From Psammoneis japonica (Eukaryota), in assembly GCA_008632985.1 (NCBI GenBank), contig QPGO01000040.1, positions 191,719 through 255,718 of the forward strand: a stretch of DNA of 64,000 nucleotides, read 5' to 3'. Both the position numbers and the translations under genes were made by a program. The notes under the pieces were generated by a model. That model ran no database searches, was not told the origin of the DNA, and was given only the letters and a program-made list of their open reading frames with translations. Position 1 is the stretch's first letter, and every line of letters starts with the position of its first letter. Of this stretch, positions 35,577 through 49,326 are shown in pieces.

Positions 35577-37006
35577 TTACGACAAACACCCGGGACAATT
35601 GTGTAGCGTTCGTGCAAGTACGCATCACAATCGGCACAAAAGACGTGTTTGCAACTCGGACATTGAAATCGCAACGTTTCCTCATCCTCCTTTTTCTTCT
35701 TGCTTTGATGATTGTTCGAAATGAGATGCTTGAGACAGGCAAAGCAAACATGATCGGGACACGATGATTTGGTGACAAGATTGGAATCCAATAGTACTGA
35801 ATCACTATCGTCTTGTCGTCCATGAATCGTAGCAGCAGATGAAACAACTGCTGTAGTATCGCCTTGTTCTTGTTCTTGTTCTTGTACAATTACTTCATGA
35901 AAGGCCGGTACAGGAAAAAGAAAATGATAGGATCGTGCCAAGTGTGGTGCCAAGATTAGTTTTAATCCACACACGGCACAATCGGTTGGCAATTCCATGA
36001 CTTGCGATTGACATTGAGGACAGGTATACGCCTTGCTCGTCAATACCTTGGACGTCCGAGTCGCATGCACCAGGGTTGGAATGGCATGATTGACGTGACG
36101 GGTTGGAAAGCCAATCAGAACAAATTCACAATGACTAGTACTCGATTGCTGATTTTGTTTCTTCTTATGAGAGGGCGGTGGCACCACTTGTCCCAACAAG
36201 AGCCAATCCCTCAAGAGCGTCCCATTCATGCAGACACCCACCATGCCACCTGTCGCAGTGGCAATTTTACGACACACGTGTAATTCTGCTGCTAAATTCA
36301 AAACGGAAACCCGCACCCCCGATGTGACGAGACGTGGCATGGTTTCGGTTAAAATGTTGGAATTGTAATCACACGTGGACAGTGCTCCCATGAGTACCAC
36401 CACTTCCCGTGATGCAAATTTAGGCAAGTGTGCCAAGGACCGTCCGGCGAGTTCGAGACCGTTTTGTAACGAAAATTCACCACCCGTACTGTTGCCTACT
36501 GCTCGCAACAGCGATTCCAAGGCGAGTTTGTGTATCTTGATGTTACTCGACAGACTCGTCAACAATTCGGCTTGCCCGTTTCGCAACAGTATCAATCCCA
36601 AATGACTGAGCGGATTTTGATCAAAGTATTCGACAACAAATTGTTGCAACACTTGCACTACAACTTCAAACCGCGTGCCTCGTCCCAGCGCCGGATCTTT
36701 ATCTTGAACCCATCGACTGCCATCGACCACTACGAACAAATGACGAATCAAATCACGTACAATCCGTCCACGACGTTTTTGACTGTAATCTCCCTCGTGC
36801 AATTGCGTCGTGCGGCGTTGACGAATCGCTTCCGCACGGGAGGCCCGAGACGAGGCGAGAATTAAATTGCCCTCGTCATCCTCTTGAACGGACCATACGG
36901 CCGAGGCTTGACCCGCCGTGTCTTCCCATGCATGACGAGCAGCAGCAGTAGTATCTGCTGAAGACGTGACTGCTGCAGAAGAAGAGGTTGGTAGTGCGGA
37001 TGACAT
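35577..37006 (-). CDS. GTF2H2: TFIIH subunit p44/Ssl1
   Basis: vWA domain (IRHLFVVVDGS, EYFDQNPLSHLG, FSLQNGLE, SREVV, LSTCD, LAAELHVC) and zinc fingers YTCPQC..LPTDCAVCGLKLILAPHLARSYH and FQCPSCKHVFCADCD. The canonical end HETLHNCPGC is restored by a 1-nt insertion near 35610. Confidence 0.93.
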
Positions 37007-37479
37007 GGTTGTTGTAAGTACTGTAAGAAGTGAACAGTGAAGCATGTTGTGATGAGACGGACCGCAGAAATTCAGAAACTGCCTCCGACGTGCAGACTGA
37101 CGAACGTTTGTGTCCGCCCGTCGTTACGGCAAGACCATGGTCATTGAGATTGCATGGCGACGACGGCGGCCGTTAACGGAATGAGTTAAATAATATATGT
37201 CTTTTCTACACAACCATACGAGAATTTATACTAAAACAGAAGAGGGTCGTTAAGTGTGGCTTTCTTCAACAAAAATATATTAAAATCATCAATGTTGTTT
37301 ATTAAAAATATTAACAAACGGCCAGTTCGTTTTCTCGCCTCACATAAAAAAGCGATCCCAAATAACGGTCAGTACTTTTTGCCGCTCTCTGTTGTTCACA
37401 ACATCATCTTGCACTGCCGCTCTATTTCAACCCAAAGAAAGAAACAGTTCAGTGAGAGATTTCAAAATCGAACCCGACC

Positions 37480-40400
37480 ATGGTGTCATTCAAGGCTGTC
37501 TTTTCATTGGTTGTCGTCTTCTTGGCAACTCGCGGTGTTGTTGGCAACCAAGAGTTCAGATCGAATCTGAGAAAAAACATGTTCCAAATAAAAGAGGTAC
37601 CTCCGAAAAGACACAAAGCAAATCAAGGTCGCAGTGAAAAAAGCAAAGGCGACAATGATGACTCGGTCTTTTGGCAACGGTTTCTGGCATTTCAACAAGG
37701 CAGTACGTCCATGGTTACACCCCCGACCTCGGCTCCTGTTGCACCTACAACCATTCCAACCATACCACCTACTCTTACTCCAGTGGTACCGACACCTGAT
37801 CCAACTGAGGAGCTGACACCAGATCCAACGGTAGCGCCAACTCCAGATCCAACACCGGTGCCCACAACGCCGTTCCCAACACATGTCGACCCTCAGACAC
37901 CCACAACTCTGCCAACAATAGCACCAACACCCCAACGTTTGAAGACCCTCAAAGTCCTCCGCCGTCACCTCTGCCGACTCTGCCTCCGTCACCAGCACCA
38001 TCTCCACTTTCTACGCCTTTACCGACTACGTCAAATCCAACACCAGTCCCGACTCTGGCCCCAACGTTAGCACCTACACCCGCACCAACGTCGGACGGCC
38101 CTCAAAGTCCACTCCCAACTCCTCTAACGACTCCACCTCCATCACCAGCACCATCTACATCCCCTACACCACCGCCGACGTCAAGTCCTACACCAGTCCC
38201 GACTCTAGCTTCAACTCCAGAGCCCACACCCGCACCAACGTCGGACGACCCTCAAACTCCACTCCCAACACCTCCATCGACTCAACCTCCATCACCAGCA
38301 CCATCTACATCCCCTACACCTCTACCGACTACGTCAAGTCCTACACCAGTCCCGACTCTAGCTTCAACTCCAGAGCCGACACCCGCACCAACGTTGGACA
38401 GCCCTCAAAGTCCACTCCCAACACCTCTACCGACTCCACCTCCATCACCATCACCAACCACACCCCCTACACCTTTGCCGAATACGTCGAATCCAACGCC
38501 AGCTCCAACACCAGTTCCGACTCCAGAGCCGACACCAGATACGCCCCTTCCAACAGCGCAACAAACTCCAAATCCCACACCGAACCCGACCCTGTCAGAT
38601 CCACCAACCGAAAATCAATGCAACTGCCCAGATCCACCAGGCGAAATACCTGCCAACGACAATTGTGCCCAAGCCACAACACTTGTCATTGGCGGACCCG
38701 AGGAGGTTGGATACACAAACAACGCCACGGACGAGTCGAGAGCAGACGATGTGCACTATGAGTTTGTTGGAAACGGCCGCAAAGTCCGCATTACAACGTG
38801 CTTTGACGAGACAACGACGGCTCACAATTTCGTTTTGCGCAACGGCAATTGCGGTGCACAGTTCTTTGGCGAAACCTCCAATGATCCGTCGTGCGAAGAA
38901 AATGTAAATGCTGCTGCCTTTGAATTTGATACAAGAGACGGGACGACGTATCCCATTCACGTTTATCCACGTAATCCCGGTCAGCAGGGGCAGTTTGCGA
39001 TTCAAGTAACAGACTATGTCAATCCGACAAATGACTACTGTAGTCAATTCGTATCACTAGAGATCAATGGATCTCCAGAGACTGGATCAACTGCCAATGC
39101 CACGGACGAGACCAGAGTCGACGACGTCCACTACGCCTTTGTAGGAAATGGCCGGAGAGTCCGTGTATCAACTTGTTTCGACGAAACAAGGACCGCACAC
39201 AATTTCCTTCTTCGCAAAGGCAACTGCTTTGCGCAACTCTTTGGCGAAACGTCAAGTGATCCATCATGCGAAGGAAATGCGAATGCTGCTGCGTTCGAGT
39301 TTGACTCCAGAGTCGGGACGACATACCCCATTCACGTTTATCCGCGAAATTCTGGGCAGCAGGGTGAGTTTGCCATTCAAGTCACCGATTTTGAGAATCC
39401 AGGTAATGATTACTGCAGTCAGTTTGAGTCACTCGAGATAAACGGATCGCCATTGACAGGATCAACAGTCAATGCCACGGATGAGACCAGAGTCGACGAC
39501 GTCCACTATGCCTTTGTAGGGAACGGTCGCAAGGTTCGTATTTCAACGTGCTTTAGTGATACGACCACCGCCCACAATTTCGTTCTTCGCAACGGGAACT
39601 GTTTCGCACAACTCTTTGGAGAAACGTCCAACGATCCATTATGCGATGGGAACGTTAACGCTGCAGCGTTTGAATTTGATACAAGAGACGGGACGACATA
39701 TCCAATCCACGTGTACCCGCGTAATCCCGGTGTTCAGGGTGCGTTTGCGATTCAAGTCACAGACTTTGTGAATCCAGCAAATGACTACTGTAGCCAGCTT
39801 GTATCACTCGCGATTGACGGCTCCCCAGAGACAGGTTCGACGGTGAATGCCACGGATGAGACGAGAATGGACGATGTGCACTTTTCCTTTGTTGGGAACG
39901 GCGACAGAGTCCGTATTTCCACTTGCTTTGACGAGACTATGACCGCCCACAATTTCATTCTGCGAAACGGAAATTGCTTTGCACAGCTCTTTGGCGAAAC
40001 CTCGAATGATCCATTGTGCACAGGCAATGCAAAAGCGGCTGGCTTCGAGTTTGATACAGTGGCTGGGAGGACGTACCCCATTCACGTGTACCCGCGCAAT
40101 TCTGGAGTACAGGGTGAGTTTGCCATACAGGTGACAACTGTTTCTAACGGGCGTCAACTCGGTCTATCCTCGAAGATTATGGATGCCGAGTATATCGCGT
40201 TCGAGGATGATTTCAATAGCAGCAACATTGAATCATATTTTAATGGTGGCGTGGATAACAGTGGGGATATTATGCCAGATGGAAACGTCGCGGAAAGCTT
40301 TGATATCCCATTGCAAGGAAAAGAAACAATACCAAAGAATCGTGTACTGGAGAGATTCTCTTATCTGTCGGATGCCAATATTCGTCATCTAGTGTCGAAC

Positions 40401-41945
40401 AATCCAGAGTTGCCATGCGTATGTCCAGAAAGGCAAGATACTGGCCGACCATACAATGACGATTGCCTCCAATTCCAGTCGATTAATATTGGATCCAATC
40501 CTTTGATTGGAACAACCGTCAGCGCCACGGATGGGACAAGAATGGATGACGTTCACTACGCATTTGTCGGGAACGGCCGCAAGGTCCGTGTTTCAACTTG
40601 TTTTGATGCGACGACCATCGCCCATAATTTCATTCTGCGCAACGGTAACTGCTTTGCACAACTCTTTGGGGAAACATCCAACGATCCGTCATGCGAAGGC
40701 AATTCAAACGCCGCGGCGTTCGAGTTTGATTCAAGAGACGGGACGACGTATCCAATCCACGTTTATCCGCGAAATGTCGGTCAACAGGGTCAGTTTGCCA
40801 TTCAAGTGACGGATTTTGTGAATCCAGACAATGATTATTGCAGTCAGTTTGTATCACTCGAGATTAACGGACCGCCGGTAACCGGAACAACTGTCAATGC
40901 CACGGATGAGACAAGAACGGACGACGTCAACTATGCCTTTGTTGGAAATGGCCGCAAGGTTCGCATTTCAACTTGTTTTGATGATACCACAACAGCGCAC
41001 AATTTCCTTCTGCGCAATGGAAATTGCTTCGCTCAACTCTTTGGGGAAACGTCAAATGATCCGTCATGCCCCGGCAATTCGAATGCTGCTGCCTTTGAGT
41101 TTGATTCAAGAGACGGGACGACGTATCCAATACACGTTTATCCGCGCAATGTCGGACAGCAGGGTGAGTTTGCCATTCAAATCACCGATTTTGTAGATCC
41201 AGACAATGACTATTGCAATCAATTTGTATCACTCGAGATAAACGGACCTCCGGTGACTGGAACAACCATCAATGCCACGGATGAGACAAGAACGGACGAC
41301 GTCAACTATGCCTTTGTTGGAAACGGCCGCAAGGTTCGCATTTCAACTTGTTTTGATGATACCACAACAGCGCACAATTTCGTCCTTCGCAACGGAAATT
41401 GCTTTGCACAACTCTTTGGGGAAACGTCGAATGATCCGTCGTGCCCAGGCAATTCGAATGCTGCTGCCTTCGAATTTGATTCAAGAGACGGGACGACGTA
41501 TCCAATCCATGTTTATCCGCGCAATGTCGGACAGCAGGGTGAGTTTGCCATTCGAATCACCGATTTTGTAAATCCAGTCAATGACTATTGCAATCAGTTT
41601 GTGTCACTCGAGATTAACGGGCCGCCGGTGACTGGAACAACCGTCAATGCCACGGATGAGACCAGGGCGGACGACGTGAACTATGCCTTTGTTGGAGACG
41701 GTCGCCGAGTTCGTATATCCACTTGCTTTGACGACACAACCACAGCCCACAATTTCGTCATTCGGAGCGGCAACTGCTTTGCACAACTATTTGGTGAAAC
41801 GTCCAGTGACTCTTCTTGCCCCGGCAATCCAAATGCTGCAGCATTTGAGTTTGATGCAGTAGACGGGAGAACGTACCCCATTCATGTATATCCTCGAACT
41901 TTGGGGATACAAGGCGACTTTGCCATTCGGGTTTCAGTGATTTAG
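37480..41945 (+). CDS. Large secreted protein: Pro/Thr-rich stalk plus eight ~125-aa Cys-containing repeats
   Basis: Signal peptide; ORFs 37480 and 38394 joined by a frameshift near 37935. Repeats NDYC..F.SL.I.G....G.T.NATD...YPIHVYPRN.G.QG.FAI arranged 4+4 around a unique spacer. Confidence 0.8.
37930..38530 (+). repeat. Four ~150-bp coding tandem repeats (Pro/Thr/Ser)
   Basis: cccgcaccaacgt(c/t)ggac..ccctcaaa.tccactcccaac recurs near 38080, 38230 and 38382; a divergent first copy lies near 37930. Confidence 0.85.
38650..41942 (+). repeat. Eight 375-bp coding repeats in two blocks (~38650-40140 and ~40450-41942)
   Basis: Period of 375 nt; units 6 and 7 (~40813-41562) are nearly identical at the DNA level. 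Confidence 0.9.
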
Positions 41946-42680
41946 CTCTACCTAGGATGCAATACCCCATATTTGTGTGCTCAAGGCTGCTCCAGGCGGT
42001 TCGGTGTAGTACCATTCCATCGATTCCGAAAGCACGTACCGTAGCGCTTCTGACTACGGTTCCATTGATGAGCTTACAAAACGATCTCGCATAATATCAA
42101 CAGAATACACAAGGACTTTTTTTTCTCGCAATCTTATTGAATTGAGGGTCATGAAGAGCCGTCCTTTAATTATTCCGTTAGTCATGAGACCGATTCATCG
42201 AAGCTACTGTAGGAGACTTTTCATTCCCGTAGGAATTTCAACACAAACACGTCCACAACTATAGTCTGCAAGAAGCAATCCGTGAGTGCCTATTAGCGCT
42301 TGAGAGAGCTGCGTTATCCAAATGCTTTCCTATGGATTTCTTACATTGAGAAAGAATTGGAAATCGAATGGTGATCAAATTTTGGAATTTTGTTGAGCGA
42401 AGTATCCGCTAAAAATGCAAGCATTCAGCATTGCATTTGTTTTTAATTTTCCGTTGCTAAGTACACAACTCTTATATCAGGTTTTAGTGAAATTTTGTGG
42501 TATTGACATGTGGTAGAATGTACGCAACGGCCGACAAGGGGCACTAGGCGCCAAAAATATTTCGAAATTTTGATTTGTCCACGTCGCACGTCGCACAACT
42601 CATTTTTCACAATGCAAATTCTCGTGTTTGTTCGAGAGGTGAGCGACGCTCAAAATCAACACTACTACTAGTTGTACAAC

Positions 42681-44132
42681 ATGATGAATCAGTGTGTTGC
42701 AGTAGTACTACTATTGGCATTTGGCGCAACGAATGCCATTTCACTTCAGCAGGGAAATGATGTGGTAGTCTGTCCCGTGGTCAAGGGCGTTGACGCAAAC
42801 ACACGCATTCAAAGCAGAGACTCGGTCAAGCACTTTCGAGAATTGTCCGGATTGGCGTTTTCTCCCACTCTCAAGGCTCCCAGTGGCAAACCCATTCTCT
42901 ACGGAACAAACGATGGCGGCGGATTTGAACGGTTGGGCGTGTGGGATTCGGGCACGGGTGATTTGCTGAGAACACTTGTCCTACCCAACAAGACCTTTCA
43001 TAATCAAGATTGGGAGTCGCTGTCGATTGGATCATGTGGCACAACTGGAGAAAATGAGACGTGTCTTTACATTGCCGATGTAGGAGACAATTGGGGTCGT
43101 GAATCCAACGGAAAGAGATCAACACGAAATTTCAACTTTAATGTCACGTATCGGATTCTCAAAATGCCCGAACCAAACTATCTAGATTACAGCAACAATG
43201 AAATGCTGCCCGAAAACCTAATGTCGGTACTTCCCTACAATTACTTTCATGAATCCTCTCCGACAAAATACGCCGACTGTGAGGGCATGTTTCTGGATCA
43301 CACCGGTTGGGGTGAGGGTGGAAGCATTGGTGACTTGTACTTGGTGACAAAGTGGGGAGCCGTTGCGTCGCTCAAACGTCAACGCGTCTTCAAGATTCCA
43401 GCCTCTGCATGGCCTTCCACATATGGCACGATTGCTCCCGAGTATTCACCACCCGCAGTGGGAGATTATGCCAATGGCGGTGATTTGATGGGGAACTTTT
43501 GGACCCGAGCCGAAAGCACCTTTGACGGAACCTTGATTGCCATTGGCAATTTGACGGACACTTACTTGTTTTTACGATGCCCCGGTCAATCCGTAGAAGA
43601 AGTATTGGCGCCAGCCGGAAGAGGAGCAAAGAATTGTCTTCGATTTAAGGCTGCCTCTGAGGGACAAGTGGAAACCATTGCGTGGACGCCGGATGGTATG
43701 AAAGCTCTCGTCATTCCCGAGGGCGGTAATCGGCCCATGGGATACACAACCATGAATTATGACGTGAGTAGAAGCAAACAAGTGTGCCCAACGCTCGAAT
43801 GGGTTAATGGCAAGTGTCAGTCAGTTGAGGACGGTACCGTGTATCCCAATGCAAGGTGTGAAGCGCTTGTCGCGACCACCAATGCCCCCATGTCGACTCC
43901 CGCGCCCTCCTCGTTGCCGCCCACGGCAATCCCGGCAACACCGGCTCCGACCACTGAACCACCCAGTCTTGGTCCTGAAACGGCGTCACCGACGTCGGCC
44001 CCGTCTTTTGAAGCAACCGCTTCCAACAACGGAGAGACTGTGGCACCTTCTTCTTTTGCAAACAGAAAGAGCCACGTGTCTCGGGTTGTATTCAGTGCGG
44101 CGTTGGGTGTTGTCGTGCTTCTCTTGTGGTAG
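42681..44132 (+). CDS. Secreted, C-terminally anchored protein with a bacterial-type beta-propeller-like domain
   Basis: Signal peptide; ELSGLAFS, NDGG, DWESLSIG, LYIADVGDN, DCEGMF and QVETIAW motifs; P/T/S linker and terminal hydrophobic segment (GPI-signal-like). Intronless. Confidence 0.7.
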   Translation: MMNQCVAVVLLLAFGATNAISLQQGNDVVVCPVVKGVDANTRIQSRDSVKHFRELSGLAFSPTLKAPSGKPILYGTNDGGGFERLGVWDSGTGDLLRTLVLPNKTFHNQDWESLSIGSCGTTGENETCLYIADVGDNWGRESNGKRSTRNFNFNVTYRILKMPEPNYLDYSNNEMLPENLMSVLPYNYFHESSPTKYADCEGMFLDHTGWGEGGSIGDLYLVTKWGAVASLKRQRVFKIPASAWPSTYGTIAPEYSPPAVGDYANGGDLMGNFWTRAESTFDGTLIAIGNLTDTYLFLRCPGQSVEEVLAPAGRGAKNCLRFKAASEGQVETIAWTPDGMKALVIPEGGNRPMGYTTMNYDVSRSKQVCPTLEWVNGKCQSVEDGTVYPNARCEALVATTNAPMSTPAPSSLPPTAIPATPAPTTEPPSLGPETASPTSAPSFEATASNNGETVAPSSFANRKSHVSRVVFSAALGVVVLLLW

Positions 44133-44527
44133 TTCCCCTGAAGGAGCCTGACGGAACTCACGGATTTTTGATTTAAGGAAATTTTTGGCCTTGCACTCAT
44201 TCGATCCTCTCTGTACATAGTAGCTTAAACTTAGAACGGGTCAAGAGGGTATACGGTACTTTCTACTCATTCGCTCCTTAGGCAGTATCGTGGTCGAGAT
44301 TGTTTCTGAGCCTTCTCTTGCTGTTGACACCAAGAAACGACACTCTACTCTCTAGAGAGCATTTGTGGAAACGTGACGACAATTGGTTGTCAAGTTTATC
44401 ACGTGTCCAAAAGTAGAAAGCTATGCTCGAATGAGAGAAGGTACGAACAATGTGCTAGTTAATAGTACTTCTATTAGTACGTCGTAGTCATAGCATTTAA
44501 TTATGGAAACCACGCGGAGCAGCTTCG

Positions 44528-47500
44528 TCATTTCGAAGTCGAGTGGAATGCCATGTATGAGTAAACCGTGTCCCCCGGATACACCGTGTTGGTACCAGCC
44601 TCCTCAAGCAAGTCATGCATAAACTTGGAATTTAACACATCCAGAGCCGTCGCACGCTTTTGAGGATCAAAGTCCACCAAAGACAACAGGAGGTCCATTC
44701 CGCCGTCCGTGCTCTCCAGCAATTCTCGTGCACGAGCAATGTATTTGTTTGTTCCACGTGCCAACGAATACTCGTCGCAGTGTCGTTCAAACTGATCAGC
44801 GTCCATTCCCTTTGAGGCATTTTTGCAGCCCCGACGAGGCCTCGTGGACGTCTTGTCACTATCTAAACATGACGATATTGCACGCCAAACTTTACCGTGT
44901 TCCTTCATCTTGAATTTCTTCTCGGGGATTCCAAACAAGACGAGAAAGCGGTACAAGGTGTGATAAAATACTTGATCGGGCTCTCCCTCCATGCTGCCGT
45001 CTTCGTCGTAATCAACGTCAGATAAAATGACACTGCGAATCACCTCGTAGCCTGGAGACCGTTCATCCTCCCAGATTCGTTGAAGCTTCTTCTGCAATCC
45101 TGGAGGGCACTTTACATCTTCAAGAATCTCTTCATACGGTTTGTGCCCAGTTGAAAGATGGAGCAAACAAAGACCAAGATTGAAGCAGTCATGACCATAT
45201 CCTTGCGTCGCAGCATCACCAAGAATCATGAAGTCGGGTGGAGTATTTTCTGTAGTGGTAATCTGAGAAATTTTCACAGGTTGGCCATCCGACTCCGCTT
45301 GTACGTTGGCTGTCCCATAATCTGCCAGCTTGGCGATGAGAGCCTGCTCAGAAGGCATACGAATAGCAAAGACGTGTCGTCCTAGTCCATATCGGAGTAC
45401 TGTGTGGGAACCAGCATTGTCAGTGCACCCTGAATTTGCGTCTTGCAAGAAAACGTTCAATAACTTCAAGTCATAGTGCTTCATGCTGTACCAGTCCCCT
45501 GCCGCGTGCAGTGCAAACGCTATCTGAAATAGAATTGACTTTACTTCCCATGTTTCCATTCTCTCATGAGGTAGCTCCTTGATGTAGTTCTCTGCGTCGC
45601 CCTTGCAACATAACTCCATTCGAATGTATTGATACCTGAATGTAGAAGAAGACGGCACGTTGAGATGGATACGCTATTTCAAGACACAGTGCAGCATCCA
45701 TCTACTACTCACCTTCCACGTTCTTTCGGTTCCTTTGGAAGAGCGCGGCCTGGCACATACGTTTTCCCCATTGGATTCCTTTTCTTATCACAGCCCCAGA
45801 CCTTGGGCGGCGGAGCAAACGGACACGTGAAGACACCTCGAGTAATGACAAAGTTAGGACAGACGTTACGGCGCGTCAAAGAAGACAACATTACTGAAAC
45901 AGCTAACTCTGCTCCCACCACTTGCTTCTGTCCTAACGAATCGATTTCGTTTACATCCCTTTTGGAACAGAAAAGTAACATGTAAGAAACGATTCAAAGA
46001 GAGACGTTGATGGAATCGAGTACTGCACTTCGAATAAACTTACATAACAGATACGGCCTCATAGGCTTGAATGGAAGTATTGAAAACTTTGTATACGCTT
46101 TTGAAAGCCCCCTCCGACAAAAACATCGCCCATGGAAACTTGCTTGTCAAGAAATCCCAAGGCCTCTCCATGGAACGTGCTATAGACGAAGCTGCGTAAC
46201 TATCAGCGCCTTGATCTTCGAGCTCGGAATCTTCGTCATCGTCGTCAATATCAGCCGAATCATCATCTTCTTTTCGATCCCCATCAAAGAGCTCGGAGCA
46301 ACCAACGCTAATGAGCATGAGAGAGGCATACGCTTCAGTTGATGCGTCTGCCCACTTGGTGGAAACTGCTGACGCCGATTGAACCAATTCCGGTTCTGTC
46401 AAGAACATAAATATCGAAACGAGAATCTTGGAATTCCCGAGCGCTATATCTACAGGTGATGTTTCGAGCGATTCAGGTTTAGATAGAGGAGAAGCAACCT
46501 CCTCGACACCCCACATTGGAAATGACGAAGTTCGGTCCGACAAGGAGAGAGCTTCCACTTCCGGAATGGGATTCTTAGTAACCGCCTTGTTGGAAAACAT
46601 TGTATGCCTCCCTGCAGTCGGAAGTCTTAGAACGGGATGTATGGCAGCCGACGCCCACAGCGACAATCGTGTTCTTTTCGCAAGAGATCGCATTTTTCTT
46701 CGGTTAGCCTTAGCCGGGCTTATGTTACTAGGCATACCCAATGACGATGGACTGCCTGCATCATTCAAATTCATTTCGGAGAAAAACATTGCACCAACAC
46801 TTGCGCGGCGAGCATGGCCGGTCTCCGGTGCTACGAGTACTGGCGATGAAGCATTCTCTTCATTCGTAGCGTGACTTTCCTTTTCAATCTCCTCGATATC
46901 TACTTCCAGCTCGAAACCAAGGTCGGACGAGCGACGTAATGCAGCAGGCTCGTCAAAGCATGATGTGGGTTCTTCACCCACGATACCGAGTGGCGATCTC
47001 GAAGCTTTCCCTGAAAAAAAGGCAAATGGAAAATATATATTGAGCCTTCTGCTGCAACCGAGAAGAACGGAGTAAGAATCGAAACTTACCGGAAGCTGCA
47101 AAGGTCTCATTCAGGAAGCCCAACAAAGCATTTAAATGTTCCTCGTCACAACGAGTCGACGCACCCCAGTCTCTTCCGTTGTAATTTGGCCTAGACGACC
47201 CCCACATCTGCATTGGACTGCGGCGACAAAGATAAGAAAAGAGGATGAGTAAACGACTGAAGAAATCCAGAGCGAGCAGGAAACCACACAAACACGTACG
47301 TTTCGACAAACTCCAAGGAGCTCCTTGCAGCTGCGGGTTTGCTACTAGATGCAACACCAACCATGGGCGAGACGCTGTTGCGAGGTATTCTCGAGAGACG
47401 GGGCAGTATGCCGCCTTGTTTCTTACTACTACTACACCGTCTCATGTCGACATCGCGAATCGATGTTCGTGGACTCCAAACGTGCAAGTGTTGCACGAGT

Positions 47501-49326
47501 TCTTGTCCACCAACATGGTGTTCGTTCGATGGTCTACTTGGTCGATCAGCGTCAAAGCTGTTTTCTTCTTCTTCCGAGAAGGACGGTAAGGTAGCGAAGG
47601 GTTGCTGCTGTGGTTGTGGTGGGATTGACGTTTGTGCGTCGGGCTCTAGGGTTACCGTCCTTACGAGTGGCCCTGGTGCAGCTTGAACTGCGGTAATAGG
47701 CTGAGCCTCCTCCAGAGACATGGAGCCGACAAGATTTGAAAGATCTTCCTCGACCTTTCTATCGCCAAAGGACGACAACTTGCGAAAGGCAAACGGCAAG
47801 GACTTTTTCGATCTGAAATGGAGAGACACAGAAGGAAAAAAGCAATTAGTAAAGAGATGATAATATACGGTACGAGCATATGGATGCGAAGATACAAGCT
47901 CATTCCTTGCGACGTACCGATCCACAGACGGCTTGGAAATAAAGAGTGGCGGAGCATCCTTTTTCTTGGCTTTTTGTTTTTTCGGTGCCTCGGCTCGCTT
48001 TTCGTGATAGGTGGTTTCGAGCGACGACAAGATTTCGGCACCCTTGTTGCGGTTGGTTTGCACAAACATGGAGGCTGCCGCTCCACCCGCAGACCGTAGG
48101 GCAAAGCCAAGACGCTTGGTCCACTGGAGGAAATGTGTACGGCGTTCGGCGGGCCACGATTCGGGAGGAATGACAATCCACGTCTTTTGCGATCCGCCAA
48201 AGCCAGCGACGGTGGGCCGTCTCTGGAGTTTTCTCAACTCGCGAATAAGATACTTCATGTCTTGAAGTGACGATTCCGACTCGGAGGATGCAATCACCAT
48301 GGGTGATGATGCCTTTTCTTTGGTACTCTTGCCAAACACAGTCTCGTGAAAGCCATCCAAAGAGGAACGACGACGAGGAATGGGCGGCATGTGGTAGTCA
48401 CCCTCTATACCAAAGGCTCCTCCGGCGGAACCGGTGCTTTCAAACGATACGTCGGTACTCTTGGGAACGTCCGAATCACTCTCATTGTCACTATCGTGGT
48501 GGCAATGATCCATCTTTTTTCGACGTCCCTTGTGATGGTGATGATTCTTGAAAGACCCATCTTGCTCTGCATCCTTGAGTTCAGAGGAAGGAAATACGCG
48601 AGACTTGGACTTGGTATCCGACTGATTCGAGGAGGAGGAGGATGATGTGGTTTGTTGCGACACACTCCACGTATCTAGTGGCGATTCGCAAACACCACGG
48701 CCCTTCTTGATCTCGCTTCCACCAAACAGTGCGGGAGACGAGGCGTGTCGAGCAAGTGGAGACTGGGGAGGAAAGAGGCGATTGGTGTTGGAGGATACCG
48801 AAGACGCCCATGCCATTTCGCTCTTGGCCAAGTTAGAAAAGGATGACGAGTTGCTACTGCTCTGTGATGGTGACGACTTGGGCTGAACTTTCTTGACTTT
48901 GGCGGGTGGTAAGGGCGACGAATCAAAAAGTAGTAAGTTCGGATTTGAATTCTCTGCGTTGCTGGAAGAATCGATACCCCACAATAAGCACTCTGACGAA
49001 GAGGACGAGAAGGACGCACGAGAGAAGGACTCTGACTTGGAAGAAGAATCGAGATTGTCACTCCCTGTACTGACGCTTCTTGTAAGACCTTGTGACACAT
49101 CAGCGGCAGAATCAACCAGAGCTCGCTTCTTATTGACGCTGTTGGATCTCGTGAGAGGAATTCTGGATGGTGCTGGTGCTTTGGAGGAGCGTCTACCATA
49201 TGCACGGCGTCCGGTCTTTTTTGGGGCTATCGTGGACCACGCAGTCGTGAAGGATGACTTCGATGGGTTGTTCCAATCGTCGTCGTCGTCGACATTGCTT
49301 TCGCTGATATGCTCGGTGGGGTTCAT
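44528..49326 (-). CDS. Multi-exon protein kinase with a long disordered N-terminus and an F-box-like motif
   Basis: FLSEGAFKSVYKV, YIRMELC, HYDLKLLNVFL, KLADYGTA, TTENTPPD and FDPQKRATALDVL. GT-AG introns near 45637-45711 and 45960-46042, and probably ~47010-47090, ~47215-47300 and ~47815-47917. Confidence 0.8.

Noticed and set aside
38650..41942. Regular repeats as a CRISPR-like or satellite array
   Set aside because: They are in-frame 375-bp protein-coding repeats with no unique spacers.
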